64,000 nt of DNA. Origin: Candidatus Bathyarchaeota archaeon. GTDB lineage: Archaea; Thermoproteota; Bathyarchaeia; Hecatellales; Hecatellaceae. Of the stretch, positions 29,689 through 39,193 are shown piece after piece. Position 1 is the stretch's first letter. Each line of letters starts with the position of its first letter. Both the position numbers and the translations under genes were made by a program. The stretch spans positions 147,988 through 211,987 of the forward strand of contig JBQPWD010000003.1 in assembly GCA_052246995.1 (NCBI GenBank), in the 5' to 3' direction. The notes beneath the pieces were generated by a model that searched no databases, was not told where the DNA came from, and saw nothing but the letters and a program-made list of their open reading frames with translations.

Positions 29689-30864
29689 TTGTTTTCGTTG
29701 ACAGAAGAACAAAAAGCTATTAAGAAGGCTGCACGCGAGTTTGCTGAAAAAGAGTTTGCAAAAGATTTGCTACTTAAGTGCGAAGAAGAGGATGGAGCAG
29801 ACATCCTACAAAATCTTATTAGAAAAGCCTCTCAGCTAGGCTTTTCTAACATAGAATTTCCCGTGGAGTATGGTGGACAAGGCTACACGTTTTTTGAGAA
29901 AGTTTTAGTTACTGAAGAGTTTTGCAGAGTTGGTTCAGGTGTTGGAGTTGCTGTTGCTGAGGGTTGCGGTGTTGCTGCAACTCTTGTTAACGCCATTGGA
30001 ACTGATGAGCAGAAAAGAAAATATTTACCTCCTGCCTTAAGGGGTGATGGTGGAATTGCCGGAGCTTTTACAGAACCTGCCCATGGAACAGATATAACTT
30101 TTCTTGAAACTTCTGCTAAAAAGGAGAGGGATGGATGGGTTATTAATGGTACAAAAACTTTTATCAGCGGGGCTTTTGAAGCCTCATCTATAGCTGTTTT
30201 ATGTCAAACAAATCCTGATGCTAAACCATCCTATCGTGGTCAAACCTTGTTCTTGGTTGATAGGAATGCTGATGGTGTTGAAATTACAAAACTTAAACCA
30301 AAGCTAGGTTTACATGCATGGTCAACATGTGAGGTAAAGTTTGATAATGTATATGTTGATAATTCTTCCATTCTGGGAGAGTTAAACAAGGGTTTCTACC
30401 ATACACTTCTGCTTTTTAATCAGCTTCGTATCCTTGGTGGTGTTAGATCCTTAGGTATGGCTGAAGGGGCTTTTGAAGCTGCGTTAAAACATGCTAAAGA
30501 AAGAATTATTCTTGGTAAGAGCTTAGCAAACTTTCAAGGTATCAGGTGGATGCTTGCAAAAATGTTTACAAAAATTGAGCTTGCAAAGCTTCTAGTTTAT
30601 AAAGCTGCTCACCTTGAAAGTAGGGGGGTTGCTGACCCTGTTTTACCATGTATGGTTAAAGCTTGGGTTGTTGAGGAAATGTTAAATGTTATAGATGAGG
30701 CTATCCAGATTTTTGGTGGACTTGGCTACATGACCGAGACGGATGTTGAGAGAAGATGGCGTGATGCTAGAGCGTTTAAAATCGCTGGTGGAACTAGAGA
30801 AATGGCTTTAAACACTATTGCAGATTTTATAATTGAAAAAAACTATCCAATTGTTGACTTCTAG
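29689..30864 (+). CDS. Acyl-CoA dehydrogenase
   Basis: FTEPAHGTD, NGTKTFIS, FQGIRW.LA, IQIFGG.GY, RDAR..KI.GGT. Confidence 0.9.
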   Translation: MFSLTEEQKAIKKAAREFAEKEFAKDLLLKCEEEDGADILQNLIRKASQLGFSNIEFPVEYGGQGYTFFEKVLVTEEFCRVGSGVGVAVAEGCGVAATLVNAIGTDEQKRKYLPPALRGDGGIAGAFTEPAHGTDITFLETSAKKERDGWVINGTKTFISGAFEASSIAVLCQTNPDAKPSYRGQTLFLVDRNADGVEITKLKPKLGLHAWSTCEVKFDNVYVDNSSILGELNKGFYHTLLLFNQLRILGGVRSLGMAEGAFEAALKHAKERIILGKSLANFQGIRWMLAKMFTKIELAKLLVYKAAHLESRGVADPVLPCMVKAWVVEEMLNVIDEAIQIFGGLGYMTETDVERRWRDARAFKIAGGTREMALNTIADFIIEKNYPIVDF

Positions 30865-31053
30865 ATTAGCGTATAACATTAACGGTAGGCTTTGTTATTA
30901 TTGCTTTACAGATAGTGTAACAACTTATAAGTAAAAACATAGGAGAAAAATAAAATAAGTGACAGAACATTACTCACCAGAAAAAACAACATCATTCTTC
31001 ATTGTGAATCACTTTTACCGCTGGGTGGCAAACTACTGCTTAATGAACGTTTA

Positions 31054-31725
31054 TCATGGAGACTGAACTGCTTCGTCTTTAACAGTTTTTGCTTTATTTT
31101 CTCTTTGATATTCAATGTATGAGTAGACAACCGTGTAAACAGCAACCAGTATTACTGAGGTAAGGATTAAAACAAATACGTATTCTTGAACGAATACTCC
31201 TAAAATAGCAACTATCCCGATGATTTTGAACAGTCTTCCCCCAACCTTATGTGTTTTCTCCCATACCCTGTCGTTGCTTAAAGTCCAAGGTGTTCTTATT
31301 CCAATAAACCAGTTTCTTTTTGCTTTTTCACAAAGAACACCAGCATAGAAAAGCATGAACCCAATACCTGTTGGAAAGATCAGCAAAGGGCTTATTTGGA
31401 TTCCAAGATTCCAGAGAATTGTGTGTAGATATATAACGAGAAAGAAGATGGAAAAGATGATGATAAACTTATCATAATATTCTCTGAACTCTTCAATATT
31501 TGCCTTTAACGGATCTATTCTGGGGACTGCAATAAGTAATAAAGCAACTCCTGTAAAAATTAGGGGAAGTAAGAACAAACCCCAAAACTTGGAAAGGTAT
31601 CCGTCAACCTCTCCCTTACTATTCCAATGAGTAGCCATCTTTTCCGGCATTAATGGATACAAGCAAACCCCAATAACGAAAAACAGTAAGGCAATTGCGA
31701 AGATAAATATCTCACTTTTTTTCAT
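31054..31725 (-). CDS. SdpI family membrane protein (DUF1648)
   Basis: P..MATHW...G.VDG, RNWFIGIRTPWTL.ND.VW.KTH. Confidence 0.88.
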   Translation of the reverse strand: MKKSEIFIFAIALLFFVIGVCLYPLMPEKMATHWNSKGEVDGYLSKFWGLFLLPLIFTGVALLLIAVPRIDPLKANIEEFREYYDKFIIIFSIFFLVIYLHTILWNLGIQISPLLIFPTGIGFMLFYAGVLCEKAKRNWFIGIRTPWTLSNDRVWEKTHKVGGRLFKIIGIVAILGVFVQEYVFVLILTSVILVAVYTVVYSYIEYQRENKAKTVKDEAVQSP

Positions 31726-31929
31726 AATGCTTACTTCAATAATTTAGTTTTATGGATATTTTAAATTTATTTTGAATCAAGCTAGTATTGTTTACTAGTT
31801 TAACCTCGTAATACTCAAATTAAAAAGCTATGTGAAAAATTTAACTAAGCAATAAGTTGGAAGTTTAAAATCATTCTACTCAATACTCATGCTGGTTATG
31901 TTCTTTCTTTTCATCTTAACCTTTCACGT

Positions 31930-32586
31930 TTAAACTAAGTTGAATTTTAGTATTTCAAGAAACCAGTGTGTATCCTCCAATTTTTTCCTACTCTCAAGGA
32001 TTTTTATTCTCCATTTAAATATAGGTCCATAAGTTACTAGAGTGTGAAATTCACCTCTCTCACCACAGAGGTCAATATTTTGTTTCTTAAGATAGTCTAT
32101 GAATTTCTGGTTAAATGGTTCTCCAACCCATTTTTTGTCGATTAAGCTAGCTTTGACGCTAACTATTAACGCCTCAAAGCCGTTGCTTATAAACTCGTTT
32201 ATTAACTTTTCATAGCTTTCATCCCATAAAGGCTCAAAAGCTTTAACACCAACTCTACTACAAACTTTTTCAACCCAGTCTTTATGTTCCTGAATGTTTA
32301 TATCCCCAAACACTCCGCCATTTACCCCCAAACTTTTTAAATGATTAATAATTTTCACAAACTCTTCCTCATACTTCTCCCAAGAGGCTTTACCGTAAAT
32401 TATTGGTACTCCTAAAGCCCTAGCCTGAGCATTAAGAACCTCCTTGGCTAATCCGTGAGACCTCGACCTAAGACCATCACTATCAAGCATGGTAACAAGA
32501 AACTTAACTTTAAAGTCTAGCTTTAAAGCCCTATAAAGTGCCAAGCAGCTATCCTTTCCACCACTCCAAGAAACAAAAACCTGCAT
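31930..32586 (-). CDS. PP-loop ATPase, DUF71/diphthine-ammonia ligase family (B12-associated type)
   Basis: SWSGGKDS, RSHG, FGDI, CGERGEFHT. Likely ATG at 32586. Lies downstream of btuFCD. Confidence 0.85.
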   Translation of the reverse strand: MQVFVSWSGGKDSCLALYRALKLDFKVKFLVTMLDSDGLRSRSHGLAKEVLNAQARALGVPIIYGKASWEKYEEEFVKIINHLKSLGVNGGVFGDINIQEHKDWVEKVCSRVGVKAFEPLWDESYEKLINEFISNGFEALIVSVKASLIDKKWVGEPFNQKFIDYLKKQNIDLCGERGEFHTLVTYGPIFKWRIKILESRKKLEDTHWFLEILKFNLV

Positions 32587-32599
32587 ACTATGCCATGAA

Positions 32600-33898
32600 T
32601 TATGGTGCGAATGTTGGTTTAGTTTCAACTAAAGATAACCCTTCTTCAAGAGCTTTAATTATGGTAATTGCTTTTTCCTGATTTTCAACAAAAATTGCTC
32701 CTTTTTTCTCTAACCTTCTAAAGATATCACTAGCTATGCCTCCAGTATAATCCCTCTCGTTACAGGGTGTTTCTTGGATAACTACCACTTTCTTACCCTT
32801 TTCTAATGCTTCCTTTGCAGCTTCAAGGTTTCTAATGTTGGAGAACCCGAAGGGAGTGTTTGCTACAAGTACCACGTCAGCTTTGCATATTGAATCCATG
32901 TTATTCTTGTGGTTTTCGTCGGTTATAGGCGAAAACGGGGCTTCGCATACAGTAGGTATTCCAAGCGCTTCAGCTGTTTCATAGTCACTATCTATAACAT
33001 TTAATACTCCAGCAGTAAGCTCAAAACCTTCATCTACAATTTTTCTCATAAGAACACCACCAGTCCCGCCACCGCAGATCAAATGTATTTTAAGTTTTCT
33101 TACTGGACGTTTTTCGGTAATTTTTTGTAGGGGTACGATGTAGAGGGAACCTGTTATTGGGTGTCTTTTAACTACCACGTTAATACTGAAAGCTTCTTCA
33201 ATGTTTTGTTTTGTAAGAGTTTCCTCACAAGATCCCATTGCAATAATTCGACCCTGCTTCATAACTATAATTGAGTCGCAGTATCTTGCAGCAAGGTTAA
33301 TGTCGTGAATAACCATGATTACCGTAAGCATGTTTTCTTTACATAGTTTTACTAGAAGCCCCATAATTTCTAATTGATGGTTTATGTCTAAATGTTGTGT
33401 TGGCTCATCAAGCAAAAGCACCTTTGGATTTTGGGCTAACGCTCTTGCAATTATAACTCGCTGTCTTTCACCGCCGCTTAACTCCTCAATATATCTGTTA
33501 GCAAGGTGAAGTGTGCCTGTAAGCTTCATAGCCTGCTTAGCAATAAGTAGGTCGTTGAGGCCTTCACCTTTCATCCTTTCCAGATACGGGTTTCGACCCA
33601 TTAACACTACATCTAGCACGGTAAAGTTGAATGATGTTGATGGGTTCTGGGGAACAACCCCAATTTTTTGGGCAACTTCAACTCTTTTAAGCTTATGAAT
33701 CTCTTGGTTATCGATTAATACGCTACCAACCTTTGGCTTTAAAACACCAGCTATAGTTTTTAGTAAAGTTGTCTTTCCAGAACCGTTTGGACCAATTATA
33801 CCGAGAAAGTGTCCACTGGTAACGGTAAAGCTTACATTTTCAAGCACCTTAACAGAGTTGTAGTAGCATTCCACCCCTTGAACTACAAGCCTCACCAA
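32600..33898 (-). CDS. btuD: Cobalamin/Fe-siderophore ABC transporter ATPase with C-terminal extension
   Basis: GPNGSGKT, LSGGERQR, LLDEPT, plus an extra ~170-aa domain (HLICGGGTG). Confidence 0.85.
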   Translation of the reverse strand: MVRLVVQGVECYYNSVKVLENVSFTVTSGHFLGIIGPNGSGKTTLLKTIAGVLKPKVGSVLIDNQEIHKLKRVEVAQKIGVVPQNPSTSFNFTVLDVVLMGRNPYLERMKGEGLNDLLIAKQAMKLTGTLHLANRYIEELSGGERQRVIIARALAQNPKVLLLDEPTQHLDINHQLEIMGLLVKLCKENMLTVIMVIHDINLAARYCDSIIVMKQGRIIAMGSCEETLTKQNIEEAFSINVVVKRHPITGSLYIVPLQKITEKRPVRKLKIHLICGGGTGGVLMRKIVDEGFELTAGVLNVIDSDYETAEALGIPTVCEAPFSPITDENHKNNMDSICKADVVLVANTPFGFSNIRNLEAAKEALEKGKKVVVIQETPCNERDYTGGIASDIFRRLEKKGAIFVENQEKAITIIKALEEGLSLVETKPTFAP

Positions 33899-33909
33899 GT
33901 AAAGCTCAC

Positions 33910-35004
33910 CTATGTTGTGGTGAAGAAGTATTTACCCTTAGCCTTCCTCAACAGATAAATGAAAAACGGGACACCTGTAAAGGCTGTAATTACTCCAACT
34001 GGAAGCTCGGTTGGCGGTGCAACAACCCTCGCAACCACATCACACATCATAAGAAAGGTTGACCCGACAATTAAAGCTGAAGGAAGTAGTATACGGTGGT
34101 CAGGGCCTACTACAAGCCTAATTATATGCGGTATTATTAACCCCACAAAACCTATTAATCCACTTACTGAAACAGCTGAGGCTGTTAGTAGGCTTCCAAA
34201 GATAAGAAAGTAACGTTTAACCTTCTCTACTTCAACTCCAAGGTATGCTGCTTCTTCTTCGCTAAGTTGAAGAATGTTTAGGTCACGAGCAAAGATATAA
34301 ACTGCAAAAAAGCTGAGACATGTAAATGGTAGTATTACATGCACGTCTACCCACTCACTGTATGAAAAGCTTCCCATAAGCCAGAAAACAAGAGAATGAA
34401 GTTTTTCCCCTGCAACAATGTGTAGAAGTGAAACTACTGCTGAAAGAAAAATGCTTACAGCAACCCCTGAGAGTAGTAGCGTCATTACTGGAATTCTTTG
34501 GCCAACTTTTGAAATGCTGTAAACAAGGAATAGTGAGGCTATTGCGAAGATGAAAGCCATAACAGATATTATTGAAGCTCCAAAAATGTCATACCCTATA
34601 CCCAGCACTATTGCAAAAGATGCTCCAACCGCCGCACCCGAAGAAACGCCTATAACGTAGGGGTCAGCCATTGGATTACGGAAGATTCCCTGAAAAACTG
34701 TACCAGCAATAGCAAGTGAACCTCCAACAAGCGAGGCTAGAAAGGTACGGGGCATCCTAACTTGAAATATTATTGCTTCTCTAGCTTCATCCATTACTGG
34801 TTGGGTTTTAAAACCTAAAACCATGCCAGCTTTGCATGAAAGAATTGATAAAACTTCGGTTATTGGTATGTTGGCTGAACCAATACTTATTGAGATTAGT
34901 GTAACACACAAGTTTACAGCTAGGAATGACAAAATTATTAAAGGCCAACTTTTTCTACGTTTTAAGTAAAGTTTTTCCAGTTCACTTCCATACATAGGCC
35001 TCAT
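33910..35004 (-). CDS. btuC: ABC transporter permease, FecCD/BtuC family
   Basis: RMPR, FRNPMADPY.IGVSSGA, IGFVGLIIPH, ELPVG. Confidence 0.88.
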   Translation of the reverse strand: MRPMYGSELEKLYLKRRKSWPLIILSFLAVNLCVTLISISIGSANIPITEVLSILSCKAGMVLGFKTQPVMDEAREAIIFQVRMPRTFLASLVGGSLAIAGTVFQGIFRNPMADPYVIGVSSGAAVGASFAIVLGIGYDIFGASIISVMAFIFAIASLFLVYSISKVGQRIPVMTLLLSGVAVSIFLSAVVSLLHIVAGEKLHSLVFWLMGSFSYSEWVDVHVILPFTCLSFFAVYIFARDLNILQLSEEEAAYLGVEVEKVKRYFLIFGSLLTASAVSVSGLIGFVGLIIPHIIRLVVGPDHRILLPSALIVGSTFLMMCDVVARVVAPPTELPVGVITAFTGVPFFIYLLRKAKGKYFFTTT

Positions 35005-35005
35005 C

Positions 35006-35950
35006 TTAACTAAACAGTTCAGGATGCAGTATTTTTGCCAATGTTTCTAAACCTTCAACAATTCGCGGGCCAGGTCTTATTAAAATGTTTTCTTCAACCT
35101 CGTATATTTTACCAATCTTAACAGCATCTATTGTATCCCATCCAGGCCTTTTGGCAATCTCCTCTTTAGCTACTCCACCCATATAGCCAATTTTTATTAT
35201 AATTATTTCAGGTTTTCTCTCAATTACTGATTCAGGGCTAATTGTAGGATAGGATGTTTTTGCATCATAAAAGATGTTTACCCCCCCAGCCAACTCTATA
35301 AGCTCATTCACAAAGGTATCTGGTCCTATACTCATCAACGGGTCATGCCAAACCTCATAGTATACTTTTGGCTTATAGGATACATCACGAGTTTTACTTG
35401 TTATATAGTCAATACGTTGCTTCATTTCCTTCACAAGTTTTCCAGCCTCATCCTCCTTACCTGTTGCTTTCCCAACAAGCATTACGCTATCTAAAATTTC
35501 TTGGACGTTTTTAGGGTCTAAAAAAACAACTGGTATACCTTTATTCTCTAAAGCTTCAACACCCTTCAGCTGGACGGTGTGCATTGCAAAAACTACATCA
35601 GGCTTTAACTCAACTATTTTTTCAACATTTGGGTTTGCAAATCCGCCTATAATTGTTATTTTACCCTCTTCAACCATTTTTTTAACTTTTGGAGGATAAT
35701 CACAGTATTGTGTAACTCCAACAATTTTATCATCCAACCCCAATGCAAACAAGATTTCAGTATTAGCTGGAGCTATAGAAACAATCCGCTGGGGAGGGTA
35801 GTTTGCTATAACCACATTTTTTCCACGACTATCCGTAACAGTCATGGTTGTGGTAGGTTTTTGAGTAGTTGTAGTTGTTGAAAAGTATGCTATTGAAATA
35901 ACACTAAGAATAATTACGATGAATAACAGAACAATCAAGCCCTTTTTCAT
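35006..35950 (-). CDS. btuF: Cobalamin-binding protein
   Basis: N-terminal anchor, RIVSIAP.NTE, CDYP, RPGPRIVEG. ATG at 35950. Confidence 0.85.
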   Translation of the reverse strand: MKKGLIVLLFIVIILSVISIAYFSTTTTTQKPTTTMTVTDSRGKNVVIANYPPQRIVSIAPANTEILFALGLDDKIVGVTQYCDYPPKVKKMVEEGKITIIGGFANPNVEKIVELKPDVVFAMHTVQLKGVEALENKGIPVVFLDPKNVQEILDSVMLVGKATGKEDEAGKLVKEMKQRIDYITSKTRDVSYKPKVYYEVWHDPLMSIGPDTFVNELIELAGGVNIFYDAKTSYPTISPESVIERKPEIIIIKIGYMGGVAKEEIAKRPGWDTIDAVKIGKIYEVEENILIRPGPRIVEGLETLAKILHPELFS

Positions 35951-35967
35951 GGCAAGTACCATCTCAA

Positions 35968-36030
35968 GGAAAGTTTTATATGGCTGGATTGTCCATCCAA
36001 TATACAACTATCTGCTATAAAAATTTTTCC
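35968..36030. promoter_or_regulatory. Face-to-face BRE/TATA promoters with a central palindrome
   Basis: Plus strand GGAAAGTTTTATA (35968-35980). Minus strand GGAAAAATTTTTATA (36030-36016). TGGAT-N5-ATCCA at 35985-35999. Confidence 0.5.
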
Positions 36031-36050
36031 ACTAAACACCATGGTGAGGT

Positions 36051-36905
36051 TTGCTGATTCAACGGAAGGTGCCATTTATAACTTTCTGCGTTAAACCCGT
36101 AAAGAAGGCTTGGATTAATCTGGCTGGATGCAACTTTAACTGTAAGGGTTGTTTTGCGGTAGCCAAGGATGACGTTGGTAAACCGTTTTCGGTTGACGAA
36201 TTAGTTAGATTCTTTATTAGTGCATGCCGCTACGTTTGTGGTGAACTTGTTGACGATGTAACAATAACTGGTGGTGAGCCAACCCTTAACCCGGCATACC
36301 TAACAAGTTTAATTCAACGTCTGCGTGACCACTCGGTAACAAAAATTGCGTTATCAACAAACGGCTATCTTCTCGATGAAGATTTTGTTCGAAGGTTAAG
36401 GACTTTAGAATTGGATTTGGTTAAGATAGATATAAAGGCTTTTAGCGAAGATATCCACTACTGGTATACAGGTGAAAGTAATAAAAACGTGTTTAAAACC
36501 GTAAAGCTACTTCATGATTACAATGTAAACTTCTATGTACGAACAATACTTATGCCTGGAATTGTAGACGTTTACGAGGTGGAGAAGATAGCCAAGTTCT
36601 TATTCTCAATAAACCCAAGTATACATTATAGAATATACGAGTTTGACCCTAAACATGCAAGAGAACCTGTAAGCAGTAAACCGTCAAGAAATACCATGGT
36701 TCAGGCCTTAAATGCCGCTAAAAGGTATTTGGTGAACGTTACATCAATAACCGCCTCAGAAACTTATGATTCCAGTTATGAATATGTTGAGGTACGTGAC
36801 GATTCACTTTTAGAGGTATTTAACAAGGTTGACGAGGTTTCTAAAATGTCGATTAAGGGTTGGAAGATGGTTGGCATACCTTTTAGCAAAATTGTCTCAG
36901 GATGA
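36051..36905 (+). CDS. Radical SAM protein (activase-like)
   Basis: GCNFNCKGC, TGGEPT, STNGY. Confidence 0.88.
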   Translation: MLIQRKVPFITFCVKPVKKAWINLAGCNFNCKGCFAVAKDDVGKPFSVDELVRFFISACRYVCGELVDDVTITGGEPTLNPAYLTSLIQRLRDHSVTKIALSTNGYLLDEDFVRRLRTLELDLVKIDIKAFSEDIHYWYTGESNKNVFKTVKLLHDYNVNFYVRTILMPGIVDVYEVEKIAKFLFSINPSIHYRIYEFDPKHAREPVSSKPSRNTMVQALNAAKRYLVNVTSITASETYDSSYEYVEVRDDSLLEVFNKVDEVSKMSIKGWKMVGIPFSKIVSG

Positions 36906-36908
36906 AAA

Positions 36909-37664
36909 ATGACAAACATATACCATATTGTTTATTTTGATGTGGACAAGTCAATCTACATCTTCTTTAAAGGCTGCAATTTTGCTTGTAAGGGCTGTAT
37001 CTTAAAACTTTCACCATGGGATTGCCACCTTCCAGTTGAAACACAAGCTAAGCTTCAGAAACTTTCTAACATTAAAACCCTATCCATGACTGAGTTAAAT
37101 GCTGTTGTTGGAAAAATGGAGGTTAAAGAGGCTGTGCTTGGTGGTGGTGAACCAACCGTAGATGAAGAGTTAACATACGTAGTTAAGCTTCTTAAAGACT
37201 ACAATATTTCTACAGTGCTGCTTACTAATGGTTACAAGCTTGATGATAAAATGATTCAAAAACTTGAAAAGGTAGAGCTTAATGAGGTTTGTGTAAGCAT
37301 TAAAGCCTTTACCGACAACGTTCACATCTACTATACCGGAGTTTCAAATCAGAAGGTTCTGGAAAATTTTAGATACTTAAACTACAGTAGTATTAAGCTT
37401 AGGGCTGAAAGTGTATTAATACCTGGTTTAATTGATGTAGGCGAGATTGAGCTTATTGCTAAGTTTATTGCTTCTGTGAATGCCACCATACCTTACAGAG
37501 TGGATGCTTACACTCAAGTGCCAGGCACACCTTGGCCTTCAGCTTTACCAGAAAAAGTTTACAAGGCGGTTGAAACATCCAAAAAATACTTGAAAAACGT
37601 TTCATGTATTCATGCAGATATGCCTGTTGTAGGTAGGGTTAGGATAGTTTATCCAGAAGTTTAA
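36909..37664 (+). CDS. Radical SAM protein, paralog of the upstream gene
   Basis: GCNFACKGC, GGGEPT, LTNGY, IKAF...H.YYTG.SN. Confidence 0.88.
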   Translation: MTNIYHIVYFDVDKSIYIFFKGCNFACKGCILKLSPWDCHLPVETQAKLQKLSNIKTLSMTELNAVVGKMEVKEAVLGGGEPTVDEELTYVVKLLKDYNISTVLLTNGYKLDDKMIQKLEKVELNEVCVSIKAFTDNVHIYYTGVSNQKVLENFRYLNYSSIKLRAESVLIPGLIDVGEIELIAKFIASVNATIPYRVDAYTQVPGTPWPSALPEKVYKAVETSKKYLKNVSCIHADMPVVGRVRIVYPEV

Positions 37665-37679
37665 CGGTGAGAATGTATT

Positions 37680-38813
37680 TTGAGTTGTAAATTGTTGGAT
37701 GTTGAAAGTTGGGTGCGGGATGAAGTAAAAACCATAGAAAAGGTTGAGCATGGAGGAGAAGTTTGGAGGTATATGGGAAGTAAAACCGTTCTAGACTTCA
37801 GCTCAAATGTAAATCCTCTTGGAGCCTCTCCAAAAGTTTTTAAGGTTTTAAGAAAAAGTCTACATCTAATCAGTTTTCTGCCAGATAGTGATTCAACCAT
37901 TGTTAGGGAGGCTGTTGCAGAGTATATAGGTAAACCTATCAACCATTCTAACATCATAGTTGGTAACGGTTCAACCGAGTTAATACATCTGTTTGCCTTA
38001 ACATTTGTTAAGAAGGGTGAAGGGTGTCTTATTCCAATTCCAACTTTTGGGGAATATGAAGCTGCTGTAAGAAAAGCTGGAGGTAAATTATGCTTCCTAA
38101 AAATGAAGATTTCAGATAATTTTACGTTAAATTTTGATGAATTTTTGGAGAATATTAAACCCAAGAAAACTAAAGTGGTTTTTATCTGTAACCCCAACAA
38201 CCCTACAGGTCAAGTAGTTTCTATACAAGATTTAACAAGGTTTTTAAATGAAACTTTAAACATGGAGGTAATGGTTTTTCTAGATGAAAGCTATGTTGAG
38301 TTTTCAGATGTAGATACATTAGCAAACCAAGTTGAAAACTACCCTAACCTGTTTGTTTTAAGGTCTCTTACTAAGGCTTTTGGGTTAATGGGTTTAAGGA
38401 TAGGTTATGGTGTTGCCTCCAAAAAATTGATTGACTTCATGTTAAAGTCAAAAATAGCTTGGAATGTTAACCTGTTAGCTCAAGTAGCAGCGGTAGCAGC
38501 TTTAAAAGATAAAGCTCACCTTGAAAAAGCAAAAAAGATTGTTAGGAAAGAAAGGCAGTTTCTGTTTGAAGGTCTTAGGAGGGTTAAAGGTTTCAACGTA
38601 CTCCCTACAAAGGCAAACTTCTTTTTAGTGGATGTTAAGGATTCAGGGTTTAGTGCTTCACATCTTAAAAAGCAGATGTTAAAGTATGGGATACTTGTGA
38701 GAGATTGTAGCTCCATTAAAGGATTAAACAACAACTATATTCGCATATCCGTGAAACGTCGCCAAGAAAATAGAATGTTATTGAAGAGCTTAACAATGGT
38801 TGTAGGGGGTTAG
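37680..38813 (+). CDS. cobD: L-threonine-O-3-phosphate decarboxylase
   Basis: HGG, DFSSNVNPLG, GNGSTELI, CNPNNPTG, SLTK..G..GLRIGY, and cob gene context. Confidence 0.85.
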   Translation: MSCKLLDVESWVRDEVKTIEKVEHGGEVWRYMGSKTVLDFSSNVNPLGASPKVFKVLRKSLHLISFLPDSDSTIVREAVAEYIGKPINHSNIIVGNGSTELIHLFALTFVKKGEGCLIPIPTFGEYEAAVRKAGGKLCFLKMKISDNFTLNFDEFLENIKPKKTKVVFICNPNNPTGQVVSIQDLTRFLNETLNMEVMVFLDESYVEFSDVDTLANQVENYPNLFVLRSLTKAFGLMGLRIGYGVASKKLIDFMLKSKIAWNVNLLAQVAAVAALKDKAHLEKAKKIVRKERQFLFEGLRRVKGFNVLPTKANFFLVDVKDSGFSASHLKKQMLKYGILVRDCSSIKGLNNNYIRISVKRRQENRMLLKSLTMVVGG

Positions 38814-38839
38814 GTGGTATTAGCTTAGTTGATAAGTAT

Positions 38840-39172
38840 ATGGCGTCAGTAAAAGCTGGCAAAATTACCGGACCTAACACTAAATGCGAGTATTATCCTT
38901 GTCATTTTGAAGGTCAAGATTGTACATGGTGTTTTTGTCCATTCTATCCTTGTGGTGACTGTAGCGTAGGTGGAGAATGGATTGTAAGCAGCAATTTTAA
39001 AGGAAAAGTTTGGAGTTGCACCAACTGTAAATGGATTCATAAGCCTGAAGTAGCCGGCGAGGTATTAAAAGAAATTTCTCAACTTGTAGGTAGGTTTAGC
39101 AGTGCTAACGAAGTCTTAAAGGAAAGGTTATTTGAAGTCTTTTTACATGTAAGGGCGAGGCTTCCCCCTTAA
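38840..39172 (+). CDS. Cysteine-rich small domain protein
   Basis: CEYYPCH..GQDC..CFCPFYPC...WSC..C.WIH. Confidence 0.85.
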   Translation: MASVKAGKITGPNTKCEYYPCHFEGQDCTWCFCPFYPCGDCSVGGEWIVSSNFKGKVWSCTNCKWIHKPEVAGEVLKEISQLVGRFSSANEVLKERLFEVFLHVRARLPP

Positions 39173-39193
39173 CTACTAGTTTAGTGAAGCTTC

